Below, piece after piece: positions 12,026 to 24,369 of a stretch of DNA of 41,396 bases (the stretch's first letter is position 1; each line of letters begins with the position of its first letter). Origin of the DNA: Vitrella brassicaformis CCMP3155 (Eukaryota; Protista; Chromerida); the NCBI GenBank assembly GCA_001179505.1, contig CDMY01000619.1, positions 1 to 41,396 on the forward strand, written 5' to 3'. Both the position numbers and the translations under genes were made by a program. The notes under the pieces are model-generated. The model had not been told where the DNA came from. It saw nothing but the letters and a program-made list of their open reading frames with translations, and ran no database searches.

Positions 12026-13119
12026 ACCGGGTATGTGTGCATCATGCAAATCAAACATGTGTCTCGTGGGGACGATCCCTTTGTGCGTCTTGTGCTGTCT
12101 CTGTGCAGGCCCACTGAAGGCCCACTGAGTGCAGCCCTTCGGATGAAAGCCTTCACACACGACGTGACTATGCATGAATCAGTCAGCTGAATGGGACACT
12201 CAACAATACCTCCAACGATACCTGAAGACGACGAGTTGATTGATTCAGTTTCGCATCTGTTCGCCGTCCAGATAATACTTTCCATGTGCACACACCACAT
12301 GAAGGCAGAGTGCTGTCACACGAAGGAAGAATCACATCTTGCAAGATACCACCACACCACCCCCACACCCCCACACACACAGCAGCCTTCGATCGATCAA
12401 GTGAGACACATCGATGGTCACTGCGGAGGACAAGACAGCCACAGATCTTCTCTCCCACTAGCGCCCCCCACTACACCCCTATATATCCACTTGTATCGCC
12501 ACACACACACATATGCACACCCCTGCGCTATGTCAGTCACTACTCAATCGTTCACTACAGACGAGTCTGTCTCGTCAAATCTACCCAAAGCCCGCTCCCT
12601 TGCCACGTATCTGCCTCTATTGCCCTCTATTGCCCGCTTGCCACAGACCTGAGCGGCAAAATGCCACAGCGACATAGCACGTTTCATGTCTCAGGCTCGC
12701 CAGGTCACATCACCACCGACAAGAGCACACACACGCGCAAGCGAACAAACGGAGGACAGAAAGAGGGAGATAGGCAGAGAGACGGAGGCGGGACTCAAGT
12801 ACAGATTGACTTTCAATTGTCCTCTAGGCGCATGGGCCGTCAAGGGGCGAATGGAGGCACTTGGCACGGCTGTAGCCAACGATCTCAAAGCGCAGCTCCA
12901 ATTTCGGCTTCATCGGGCTGTCGAAGAGTGTCTCGATCTGCTGCAGGCTCGTCGCCGTATTCCGCCATGTCGTCCTACATACTTTCGATTTGCCTCTTGA
13001 CCATGTCCTCGATATACTTCAGAGTGAAAGTCCCGGCCCCCACATTATGTCGGCGGCAATCGCAGTGGCCGCCGTATCGTAGTCACCCTCATCGATCATC
13101 TCACCTGCCTATACACACA

Positions 13120-13167
<48 letters not shown>

Positions 13168-13241
13168 CATCCTCGATGTGTCCGTCGCCCGCTCGTTTAC
13201 TCACCCCAGAGCACTTTGCCTGGGATCGCCTGCTGCTCCTG

Positions 13242-13558
13242 TCAAGCGCTTCGTGCCTCTTTGATCTCGTTCTTCACCATGGTCTTCCACCACGGGCCGC
13301 AACCTCCTCGGCTCGGCCCACGGCCGACCTTGCTGCACTGGCTCCGTCCACCCACCGCCGTCATGACGATTTGCAGTTGGCGATGCTCCTCGCTCTCTGA
13401 ACCGCCACTCAGGCCAGACGGGGCCTGATGAGAAATGCGACAGACAACAGACACACAGTGTAGAGATGCAACGCATTTGATGCCCCGGACCGCTTTCTGC
13501 TTACCGATGACACGGCACACACAATGAGGCCGAGGGCCAACAGAATAAGCCTTGACAT
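13242..13558 (-). CDS. Small putative secreted protein, probably degenerating
   Basis: Signal-peptide-like exon MSRLILLALGLIVCAVSS with a gtaagc donor at 13504. Acceptor at 13425 leads to APSGLSGGSESEEHRQLQ. The downstream frame disagrees with the duplicated copy; a further exon-like segment lies near 13110-12830. Confidence 0.35.
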
Positions 13559-13739
13559 GGTGATCTGCCAGCGGTGTGGATCGGAAACGACGAAGCATGA
13601 TGGGATGGATACAGAGGGCTGACGCAAGGAGGCCTTGAAGAATGCGGAAGGGGGAGCAGCTGCGAGCTCATATGCTCAGATGCCAATTGGCGCAGGTAGA
13701 TCGCCGAACCGCGCAGATCTGGCAGCCTTTCGCTGAGCC

Positions 13740-15480
13740 ATGCCTCCCCTCCATGCTGTCCTGCCTCTTTTGGCTCTGATCTCTATCTGCAGCACGTGCA
13801 ATGCGTCAGACATACCCCATCGGGTGGTGCATGGCGATGGCTTTCAGGACTGTGCGGCCGCCATCAACTTGAAGAACTGGACGGGACTACCCAGCTATGA
13901 CAACTACAGGTGCGAAGCGCATCTGTGTGCTTGAGTGGACGCATGCGTGTGTGTGTGCGTTGCAGGTCGTGCATTTCAGCGTCCAGTGCCGACGTGTCGA
14001 CCAAGTACTGCCTGGGTGAGCTCACGGCGCTTGGCGGCGTGGCGGGACTCACTGCGGGGCTGTGTCTGCCGGACCACTGCACACAGGCGAGAGGGCGTCG
14101 GTGGGCGGTGGGGTGCAATTGTGACGCATGTGTCCATTCATGTGTGTCGCAGAGTAACATCGAGGAGTTCGTGGCGCTGGTGTGTGCGGTTCCCTCGTGT
14201 GTCGACATCGAGCAGACACTGCAGCCCCTCTGCGACGCCGTGCAGGCAACCATGTGCGACCCCAGGAACCGGTCAGTCAGTGTGCACACCTCATATAATA
14301 CACACATGCATCCAACTACCTTAAGCATGGATTGCTGGTGCTACTGTGTGTGTGTGTGTGTGTGTGTGTGTCTGTGTGTGTGTGGTCAGGACGTCGTCCG
14401 CACACAACTTTCACCTGTCGTGTCTGGAGTCGGACAGTCCGTCGAGCAGCAAGGGCGAGATGCTCGACGCCACGCTGGCGTGCGGCGGCATAGACCCACA
14501 GAGGACACTCGACAGCGGCCTCATCAACAACCTCGGCAACTGGGATGCTTGCAACGACGTTAGTGACCGAGATGGGAGAAGGGGGCGGGAAGGGGAAGCT
14601 CGTCTCTCATTCTCTGTATGTGTCTGGGGGGGATTGTGCGTGCAGCTGCCGGGCGCTCGCTACTGCCTGGCGTCCTACGCTCAGATCTTCATCACGTCTG
14701 GGCAGTGTGTGGCGTCCACGTGCGGTGTGGACAAGTACCAGCAGATGGTGTCCTTCGCCTGTGAGGTCGACAACTGCATGGCCGTCACCAACCTCATCAA
14801 CCCGGAATACTGCGCTTTCTGGTACACATACCCACCCCCATGCCCATCCATCCATCCATCCATCGGTGTCTTGCACGCCATATGCAGGAAAACGGTGTAC
14901 TGCGGTGCAAGGGGTAAGCAAGTGATCCTTGCAGGCGGCCCCAACGACCTCCCCGTGCCGACAGAGATCGATCTGGACGTCACATGCGACTACAGCGCCC
15001 CTAAACCAGAGACCGGCACATACGTCACCCTGGCCATCTGCGGCGTCATTGCGGTGCTCATCACGGCTGCAACGGTGCTGTCAGAGGTCAGACGCAGGCG
15101 TGCTGAGGGGTTGCAGGGTGTGAGTGTTGAGTTGGTGGGCAAGGACGGTGGTGGCGAGGGCAGGCGAGTGGCCCCCCGTGGTCGTGCTCCTGTGTGGGAG
15201 CGGCTGCTGCTGGCCTTCTCGCTCACAGACAACTGGCACAAGATGCTCAGCACACACAGGGTACCCACCCACACACACACACACTCGGTTCATCAATCCA
15301 TCTGCTTGTGTGTGTGTGTGTGTTTGTGTGTGTGTGTGCGTATTGGTCAGAGTGGTGATGCCGTCTGTTGTCTGGACGGGCTGCGGTCTCTGTCGATCTT
15401 GTGGGTGCTGCTGGGCCACACCTTCCTCATGGCGGGCGCGGCCGTCCCTCTCACCAACCTCACGGTAGCACACTCACACA

Positions 15481-15515
<35 letters not shown>

Positions 15516-17935
15516 GAGGAGAGAGCCACTCATGGACACGTCTGCTGCGTGTTGTGTTTTCTGCTGCTGCAGGATACCATCCAAGTTGGTCAGTCAGCGC
15601 TTCTGCAGTACACGCATCTGCATCAACGGAGCTCTCTCTCTCTCTCTGTCGTTCAGTTGGCCGTTTCAGCTTCCAGCTGGTGGTGGGGGCCTTCTTTGCC
15701 GTCGACACCTTCTTCTTCCTCTCGGGATTCCTCCTAGCCTACGTCGCCGTCAAACACGCCACGCGGATGAAGACGCGCGTCAATGTGCCCGTCGCAATCA
15801 TACACCGGTATGTGTGTGTATACGATGACACACACGCACACACATATAAAGTCTTGTGGATGAATGGATGGATGGATGGATGTGTGTGTGTGTGGTCAGG
15901 TGGGTGCGTCTGAGCGTGTTGTACGTGTTTGTCATTCTGGCGTGGGAGTACCTGACGCCCTACATGGGCAACGGCCCCCGATGGCCGCAGTTCACAGTCC
16001 AACTGCACTCCACTTTCCTCTCGGTCAGTAAGTACACACATGTCCCACACACAACACACACACACACCGGAGGATGGACCCACAGGTGCGTGTGTGTGTG
16101 TGTGTGTGTTGCAGAGGGGTAAGGAGAGCGCTTGCAAGAGATACTGGTGCGTATCCAGAGAGGGGATGGATGTGTGGTGTGCGTCGCCGTGTTTCAGTGC
16201 CGTGTGCGGTGTGTGTGTGCTGAGTGTTTCGTGTGCAGGTGGGCGAACCTGCTTTACATCAATAACTTCATCCCTCACCTCTACGGCGCCCAGTGCAGTA
16301 AGCCAAGCCCCCACACCCACCCCAATTACCTACAGGTCTTATAAGTGTGTCTGTTGTGTGTTGTGCAGTGCCTTGGACGTGGTACCTCGCCAACGACATG
16401 CAGTTCTTCGTTGTGGGCATTCTCATCATCGCCATATACTGCGGGTCGTCCACCCCCCCCCCCCCCCCCCNNNNNNNNNNNNNNNNNNNNNNNNNNNNNN
16501 NNNNNNNNNNNNNNNNNNNNNNNNNNNNNNNNNNNNNNNNNNNNNNNNNNNNNNNNNNNNNNNNNNNNNNNNNNNNNNNNNNNNNNNNNNNNNNNNNNNN
16601 NNNNNNNNNNNNNNNNNNNNNNNNNNNNNNNNNNNNNNNNNNNNNNNNNNNNNNNNNNNNNNNNNNNNNNNNNNNNNNNNNNNNNNNNNNNNNNNNNNNN
16701 NNNNNNNNNNNNNNNNNNNNNNNNNNNNNNNNNNNNNNNNNNNNNNNNNNNNNNNNNNNNNNNNNNNNNNCCCCCCCCCCCCCCCACACACACACACACA
16801 TTGCGTGTTTGTCGGCTGGCTGGTCTACAGGTACTCGAAGCGCCTCAGCTGGTGCTGCATGGGCCTTCTCCTCGTTGCCAGCTGGGTCACCACAGGCTCC
16901 CTGAACCTCATCCACGGGTGGAAGGTGGCCGTGATGCCCATGATCCTGGAGCCAGGCCAGCACCAGGAGTATCTTTATTATGAGAAGCCTTGGTGCAGAA
17001 TCGGGCCATACCTCGTCGGCATGGTCAGCTATCAACCAACAGACAGACACACCGTCCTTGCACCCATTTCTCCCCCTCTCTCTCTGTGGTTGTCAGGCCG
17101 GCGGCCTCTTGGTGCTTGAGCACGGGAGAGCTGTTCGCGTGTTTCTCGCCGGGATGACCCGCTTCGGCCGGTGGGCGTGCCATCTGCTGTGTGGTGCTGT
17201 GATGCTCTTCGTCATCTTCATCCAATATGACGCCAACAAGGCCGGCGCCGTCCCGTGGACCCCCCTGGAGACCATGCTCTATAACACGTTCGCGCGTTCT
17301 GTGTGGGGGCTGTGTCTGCTGTGGCTGGTGGTGTGCTGCGCCGCGGACAAGGACGGCGTGTATGCGCCCTGGACCAACCGGCTGCTGTCTTTGCCCGTGT
17401 TTGTGCCGCTGGCCCGGCTGACCTATGCGTTCTACATGATCCATTTGCCGCTCATGGCCGTCTGGTTCTTCTCGAGGCGAGATCAGGATTACTACTATGA
17501 CGGTGACACAGGCTCCCTTGCTATCCCTCCCTTTTGACCAAATGCGATGCGTGTGTGTGTGATGTACAGGTCTGATGGCCGTGTACTACCCGGCCTTCAT
17601 GGTGCTGGGCTTCGCCATAGCGACCTTCTGCTTTCTCTTCGTGGAGGCGCCCGGCATGAACATCGACAAGATTGTCCTCGACAGACTCATGACACCCTCC
17701 ACCACACAGGCCACTACGCAACCAAGCCCCGATTCTTACGAAGGTGTGTGTGGTGTGGAGGAAACATGACACAACAGCCGAAGACACACACACACATCCA
17801 TCCGTGTGTGTGTGTGTGTGTGTGTGTGCAGGGAAGGAAGGCTTCGGGTGTCCGCACTTTGAGAGCGGCGAGAGCATCAGCACGGCCATCCCGACCCCCG
17901 AGCGATCTGACGTGGCGCTTCTTGCCACCAAATGA
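13740..17935 (+). CDS. O-acyltransferase (acyltransferase-3; NRF-6/OacA-like) with Cys-rich N-terminal domains
   Basis: Signal peptide MPPLHAVLPLLALISIC. Motifs LDGLRSLSILWVLLGHT, FAVDTFFFLSGFLLAY, IHR(W)VRL, WYLANDMQFF, YYEKPWCRIGPYLVG, PLARLTYAFYMIH and FLFVEAPGMNIDK. Confidence 0.92.
16471..16770. other. Assembly gap (300 N) between poly-C tracts, inside an intron
   Basis: The N run is flanked by C homopolymers. The flanking exons join in frame (IIAIYCG|YSKRLSW), so no exon need be missing. Confidence 0.9.
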
Positions 17936-19682
17936 CCTGACGCAACCAGGCAATATTGTATGTGTGTGAGTGTCTGGGTGTCTGAGTGTGTTCTGTGCTG
18001 TCCTGTGGCGTGCTGTGCTGCGTGCATCTGGCTGTGTCTGTGTGTGTGGGCGGCCACCGGTTTTGCTGCCGTGCGGCCACAGAGAGAGAGCGCGGGGGAG
18101 AGTCGGGGAACATCGCGGGGGAGTGTTGGATGCGATACCTCGTTCGCTTCTCTCACTCCGTCTCGGAAACGCATAATCAATCGTGAGTGACCTGACGCAT
18201 TCATATCTGTCTAGGACGGAGGGGAGGGGAGGGAGGGAAGCACTCGGAAGATGAGCTATCATGCTGTTTTTCACCTCACGCTGTGTAAGCGTTGTCCGCC
18301 TGGTGGACAACCAACAGGTCGATAAGGCGGCCGATCGGGAACGTTCTGTGGGTGTGGTGTTTTTGTTTGAGCAACGCGCAGGGGGTGGGGGGAGGGGGCA
18401 TTTTTCGATTTTTCCAACTCTTCCCTCGTCAGTCGGAGAGCTTGAGGTGTGGTTAGTTGGCTGGTTGGTGGTGTGGGTGGCTGGGCCAATTCGTGTGCAT
18501 GCGATGCGTTGGTTCATGCATTGCCCAAATTCTGTGAGTATTCGTTCGTGTGGTGTACCTACTTGCATTGATTGATCACTGCATCCGATCGCTGGGTGGG
18601 CGGGGCGGGCGGGTTTAAGGCCGAGAGAGCTGACGGCATTGCGAGCATGAGAGAGCTGAGAGAGTGAATGAGCTGAGGTCTGTCTGTGTATCTGTCTGTC
18701 TGTCTATCTGTCTCTTTGTCGCCAGTGTCGGACGCCTTCGGGTGAAGCGCATCTGGGGCGACTGACACACCGTGGATCAGATATACGCCTCTGTCTGTCT
18801 ATGTCTATGTCTATGATGCGAGGACGACCGATGCGTCCACGCGTTCATCCCTCCATCAGATTTATCTTCCTGCCTCCGTCTGTCTTCGGTATGCCTCTTT
18901 GTCTGTCCAAGTGTGTGTGTACCTTTTTTCAGCTGGCTGGTGTGCGGCAGGGCGGGAGCTCTGCTCTGCAGGCAACACACGATCACAATCACAATCACAC
19001 AAACACTCTCGTCAGGAGAGAGCACAGCACGTCAGTGTGTACGTAACGCGACGTCTCGGGGCTATTTGTCCACTCGTTCGTTCCATAACAGACAAACGAA
19101 GCGGCTGCATGTCAGTCAGTCATGTCACGTGAGCGAATGAGAGCGCGTGGGGGGATACTATCCGTGTGTGTGTGTGCGTGTGTGTGGTGAGAGTGAGAAG
19201 GGGGCTGCGACTCCATCTAGACACATGGTCACCCACCAGTACACTTTTTTGGACTCTCTCTTGACGGACGGCTTCATCGTATCTATCAAGTCATCCCACG
19301 AATTCTATCACCCCGGTCCAAACACTGTACACGTGCAGCCAGCGATCAGCCTTTGCCAAGGGCCTTCCAAAGCACACCCGCCACCGGCACCTCACCTCAC
19401 ACTACAGGCGTCTCTGTGGTGCTCGAGGAGTTGCCAGCGACAACTACACTGGAGGATGACCTTTGGCAGGGAGAAAGGATGGCGCACTGAGCGATAGAAG
19501 GACGGAAACACGCACTCAAATCGACTACCTGCCTGCCTGCTTCATTGCTCGAACCACACAACCCCGCCACTTCAGACATCAGCCAGCAAAAATTTCCTCT
19601 TTTCATCTTTGTTTGCCTCGACTGGACAGCGCATCCTGATCGAATGAGGCACGTGCTTCTCCCATCCGCGTGCCTTTATGCC

Positions 19683-20579
19683 TTAGTAAGGGCTGACCAC
19701 CTGCACACACAAGAACAAGCAACGCTCCATTTATCTATCTCTCCGGCCATTCCCAGCCTGTGTGCCTGTCTGTGTGTGTGGCATAGGTCCACGGTACCTA
19801 CCTTGAGTTGTGGTGCGAGTCGTGTGAAGAGGATGTCGCCGTACTGGCCAAAGAGGACGTCCTGCACGATCAGCCCCACGATGGCCATCATCGCCAGCCG
19901 CCCGTTGTTGAGCTCCCTCGTCTGGTACCCCACCCACTGCTCGGGCGTCACGCCGCTGTCCGTCACGGGGAAGTCGTCAATGCCGTCCGCCCGTCGGGTG
20001 CTCACGATGTCCTGGTACCACCCGTAGGTCCCCAGGTAGTCGCCCGGCAGGTCCATGCGGCCGGGGGTCTCCCGCTGGTACTTCTTGACCAAGTTCATCG
20101 TCACGTACTCGAAGAAACCGATGAAGAAGAGCAGCTGGATGATGCCTGGCGCGGGGACCTCCGTGATGGCCTTGAGAGGGTCGGCGCTCAGCTTGCCGCC
20201 ATAGAGGGGGTGGAAGACCGTCTGTGTCATCCACCCCAGGACGGCGAACATCGCCAGGCGGCCATGCTTGAGCTCACACTCGCGCAGACGGGCGATCTCC
20301 TGCGTGCTCTTGTTCTTGGTGAAGCCAAGGGGGTCGAAAAATCCGAGAGGCGCTGAGGATCCGATCAGCGGGTAGCCGGGGGCGACCTCCAGACCATTGG
20401 GAGCAGTGATGCCGCACTCTGCGGGCGTGAGGGTGGTCTTGGCGTCCAGCCGAGTGGGTGGGGTGCGCAGGATGTTGCCTCGGACTGCGGGAGGGACGAA
20501 GGCGGTGTCTGCCGCAGCGCTGAGGCCGACACAGAGGCCCACCATCACGGCACCGATAACAGACCTCATCTTTGCCAGA
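19683..20579 (-). CDS. Light-harvesting chlorophyll a/c-binding protein (LHC/FCP family), plastid-targeted
   Basis: Motifs APLGFFDPLGF, RECELKHGRLAMFAVLG and YQTRELNNGRLAMMAIVG. Signal peptide followed by AFVPP (Phe-led transit peptide). One intron (19701-19801) precedes a final VVSPY*. Confidence 0.96.
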
Positions 20580-21192
20580 TCAGACGCTGCTAAAGTCACC
20601 CTCTCGCCCTCTCGCTGCCTGTAGAGCCTTCCAGATCTCTGGTTGGCAGCCAGGACTTTCATTGGCTGCCAGGATCGCCTTGGCCCGGATGACGGCTGTA
20701 TGGTGAGAGGCCGCTCCCTGATCCGTCTCTTCAGTTCACTGCGAGGCGGCTTCACGCGCACTTCCGTCCGCACATGAGTTCACGCAGTGGTGCGTCTGCA
20801 AGCTAGGGCGATGATTACAAATTTCTTAGCTCGCGAGAGACGGAGTGAGGAGGGAGGGAGACGAGGAGGTGATGCAGAGCATCATGCAAGAGGGAGATCC
20901 ATCCGTCGAGCCCCTTGACGTCGAAGGAGCGTTATTTCGGTGGTGAAGCGTTGAGGGGAGGAGGTCAAAGCGTTGAGGATCGTGTGGGACAGATCAGAAA
21001 ACGTGACTTCCAAGAGCCTCTTTGGTGCTTTACTCGCTATCCCACGCTGCGTGGTTTTCTGCATTCGCCCTTCCTCTCTCTCCCGGCGCGTCTTGGTGTC
21101 TGGTGACTGTCCGCCAGCCAGACTGAGTGAGTGGCTTCCCACGAGGCAGGCAGTGAGTGAGGTCAGCAGTGCGGCAGCAGCAGACGGACGCG

Positions 21193-23181
21193 ATGGACCC
21201 TTTCAGCAAGCTTCTGCAGGAGGTCAGGGAGGGAGAGAGACAGACATACACACACAGCCGTTCCGTCTTTGATGCATGTGTGTGTGGTGTGTGGTGTGTT
21301 GCGCGGTGCAGTGGGACATCTCCGAGAAGCAGTGGTCGTGCCTCAGCCCACAAGCCAAGCACCGCATGATCGTCGCCAAGCGATTCGAGATACTCGGCCG
21401 CACTCTCCCACACACACAGACGCCGCAACAGCCACAGCCGCGGACACACGCCGCCACTATTACAGCACCAACAGCAGCAGCGGCGGGGGCTGGCCGCAAA
21501 GGGCCGCCCCGCAAGAGCAAAGAGCGCAAGCGTGTGGCCGACAGGCACAGCCACATAGACGTGATGGCCAAGAAGAAGGCGGTGTGCGAGATGGTGGTGC
21601 ATGGGACGCAGCCGATGCCCGTGTCGGTTTGCAAGCAGGTGTCAAATGCGGTCAGTGAAGGGGCGGTGAGCGTGGAGGCCGACAAGGCACACAACGACAG
21701 CGGCAAGGACCACATGGCGGATGGTGGGCAACACAACGCCCAAAATGGTGCGTGAGGCAGGCAGGCAGGCAGGCAGGGAGGGAGAGAGGGACACACATGG
21801 CGTTGTGTGGTTGCATCCCCCTTGATGTCTTGTGCTGTGTTGGATGTTGGTGTGTTGGATCGGATCCCATCAGCGTTTGTTGCGTTGCCGTGCCTGCCTT
21901 CTGACCGACGCCCTCACACCCAACAACAAGCAGGTATGGGACAAACCCCCCACCACCACCACCACCACCATTACCGCCACACACAGACCACATTGTTTCT
22001 CCCTCCCTCCCTCCCTCCCTGTGTGTGGGCAGACGAGGACGGTGACACTGACGAAGGAGATGTGTTTATGGGGGGGGTTGCTGGTGCTGGTGTGGGGGCG
22101 AATGAGATGCTTGTGGCCAAGCGCGACATCAGCGGTGTGGCCAACGCGCTCATCGACGAGTTCAGGCAGAGGGAGGGGCTGCTTGGACCCAATGGCAACC
22201 GCATCAAGGTATGGTGGGACAGGACACCCACCCTCTCACACACCACACGACACAAGCCGAGCCAGCCACATGAACGAATGAAAGGTGCGTATACCTGTGC
22301 TGTGCTGTGCTGTGTTGTGTTGTGTGTTGTGTGCAGGGGTTTCAGGTCAACTGGACGACCAAGTACCGCTGCTTCGCGGTACGCCTGTCACCCACAGCAC
22401 AGCCACACACAGAGAGGGATTCCCATGACCCATGACATGAGCACGCCCATGCGTATGCGCACGGCATGTGTGTGTGCATCCATCCGTTGGATTGGATTGC
22501 AGGTGTACTGGCAGCAGCGAGATCGGGGCCGCCGGTCGAAATTCTTTCGCACCGACCGGCACACTTACGAGGGCATCCGTGAGGCACTCGAGCTGGCCAT
22601 AGTCTTCCGCAACCGATGCAGACAGGAGGGGTCGCTGCCCGGCACACCCAACGACACTAACATGACCATCACCGGTGCGTTGTGGGTCTGTGCAGTGCAT
22701 GGTCCGTCGTGTGTGGTGTCAGAGGAACCATGGGCTGTGCGTGTGGGTTGTGTCTGTGGTTGGTGTGTCAGGTGGTGGCAGCCTGTTGGTGCACGCCCAC
22801 CACCAGGTGGCGCGGTTTGGGGGCGATGATGGGGCTGACGACACGCCGAGTGACGACAAGACGCCCCAGGAGGAAATGGACATCGGGGCCATCCACGGTG
22901 GGTTGGTGGATGCACGGACACACAGACGGACGGACAGACAGACAGACAGACGGAAGCATGCCAGCCAGCCAGGAGTCTTGGTTCTTTGCTTTGTTTGATA
23001 GAGACCCTCCCACACAAAGCGGATGACAACACGCCCGTGCCCGAGTATGAAATGGGTGCGCGCACATACCACACACAGGAAGAATACACACACTGCTCGT
23101 ACCTGACTCTCTCTCTTTCTCTCTCTCTCTGTCTGTGTGTGTGTGTGTGTGTGTACAGGCGAGATGGTGCCGGTCGCGTGA
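21193..23181 (+). CDS. AP2-like (ApiAP2-type) DNA-binding protein, single module, 8 exons
   Basis: Spliced module RIK|GFQVNWTTKYRCFA|VYWQQRDRGRRSKFFRTDRHTYEGIREALELAIVFR fits the ApiAP2 three-strand-plus-helix pattern. Basic NLS-like RKGPPRKSKERKR. The exons keep the frame. Confidence 0.7.
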
Positions 23182-24369
23182 GCGAACCGGGGTATACGAG
23201 ATGAGCGGCTGAAATGGGAAATGTGTGCGCGTGAGGCATTGATGAATGCATTCATTTACAGCTCATTCGTGTGGATGTTGTGTGTGTATGGGTATGTATG
23301 TACGTCACGTCTGTATAATTCGGCAGCCAATACTGCCGCGTACTCACTCTCTCTCTCCGTAACTCCCTGACTCGAACTGGCTGGCATGGTCGACCGCATT
23401 CACGTGTGTGTCTGTCTCATGTGTGTCTGTGTGTATGTGTGTATGTGATTATGCCCTCTGTCTGCTGTGTTGGTGTGTACATACGACGATAGATAGATGG
23501 CACTAAATCGCAGAGGACAATTATATATATCTAATGCATCACATCGATCGCATCGCACCACAACACACCACACCACGCCACAACACACCACACACAGCAC
23601 AGCCCACGTGGCTGGGCGGCCCGTTTTCTTGTTTTCTGCCGTCCGTCCTCAGCCCAGCCATAGGGCACATACGTAGTGTGTGTACATTGTGTGTGCAGCC
23701 ATAGAAGCGGAGTGGGTGGGCGGAGAGAGAGAGAGAGGGAAGGAGAGGCAAAGGGCCGCCGACGGATGGGATGGGAAGCTTGAAAGGAGGAGGGAGGGAG
23801 GGAGGGAGGGAGGAGCGATCAGCCATCCAAATATGCGTCTCGTGAGTCGCTCGTGTGGTGTGTTGTGGTGTGGTGTGGTGGGTTTGCGTCTGTGCTGTGC
23901 GTGTCGGTGCGGTGTGGGGGCATACACGTGTCGTGTTGGAATGAACCCATCGCATGAGTGAGTGAGAGTGAATGGATGGATGGATGGTCGGATGGATGGA
24001 TGGATGGGTATACCTACCTACGTAAATGCATAGTCAGGCCCGAGGTGGGGTGGGAGGTGGGGGCCGAATTGGATGGATGGATGGATGGAATTGACTGATG
24101 GGAATGTGCATCGATGGGATGTCTGTATAGCTGTTACATACCAAGTTCGGACTGACGGACGGACAGACGGACGGACAGATGGACACGTGCACGTCAATTA
24201 GCGATGGTACATACCATACCCACACGACGAGCACTCACAAACAACCTCACGCAGCGGCATCTCTTTCCCATTACACGCAACAACACGACGTTTGTGTGAG
24301 GATGCGGCGGTCCTCAACGATGTGTGTGTGGTTGGTGCGATCGTGTGAGGGTGGGTGTGGGTGGGTGTC

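Larger units (their letters stand above)
8685..13472 (+). repeat. Segmental duplication copy A (inverted relative to 33465-38090)
   Basis: Direct reverse-complement matches, e.g. 8752 ggtacgcctttcatctctgctgttcatctttgtgcagc vs ~38010 reverse complement. Matches continue with indels to gagatgcaac at ~13472 (vs ~33465). Gene order and introns are the same in both copies. Confidence 0.95.

Noticed and set aside
12286-13428. 380-aa ORF
   Set aside because: It runs through microsatellites (THTHTERERE) and is not preserved in the duplicate.
16040-17119. Long ORFs spanning the N run
   Set aside because: Artefacts of Ns translating as X without stops.
17940-19680. Possible hidden gene (ORF 19147-19497)
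   Set aside because: No motif or consistent exon chain was found; it is treated as UTR/intergenic sequence.
19731-20356. Overlapping alternative-frame and antisense ORFs over the LHC and other GC-rich exons (e.g. 27590-28480)
   Set aside because: Expected shadows of strong GC3 codon bias, with no recognisable motifs.
19676-20773. 365-aa ORF as the full LHC protein
   Set aside because: The signal peptide begins at ATG 20579, and the end runs through an intron donor at 19801.
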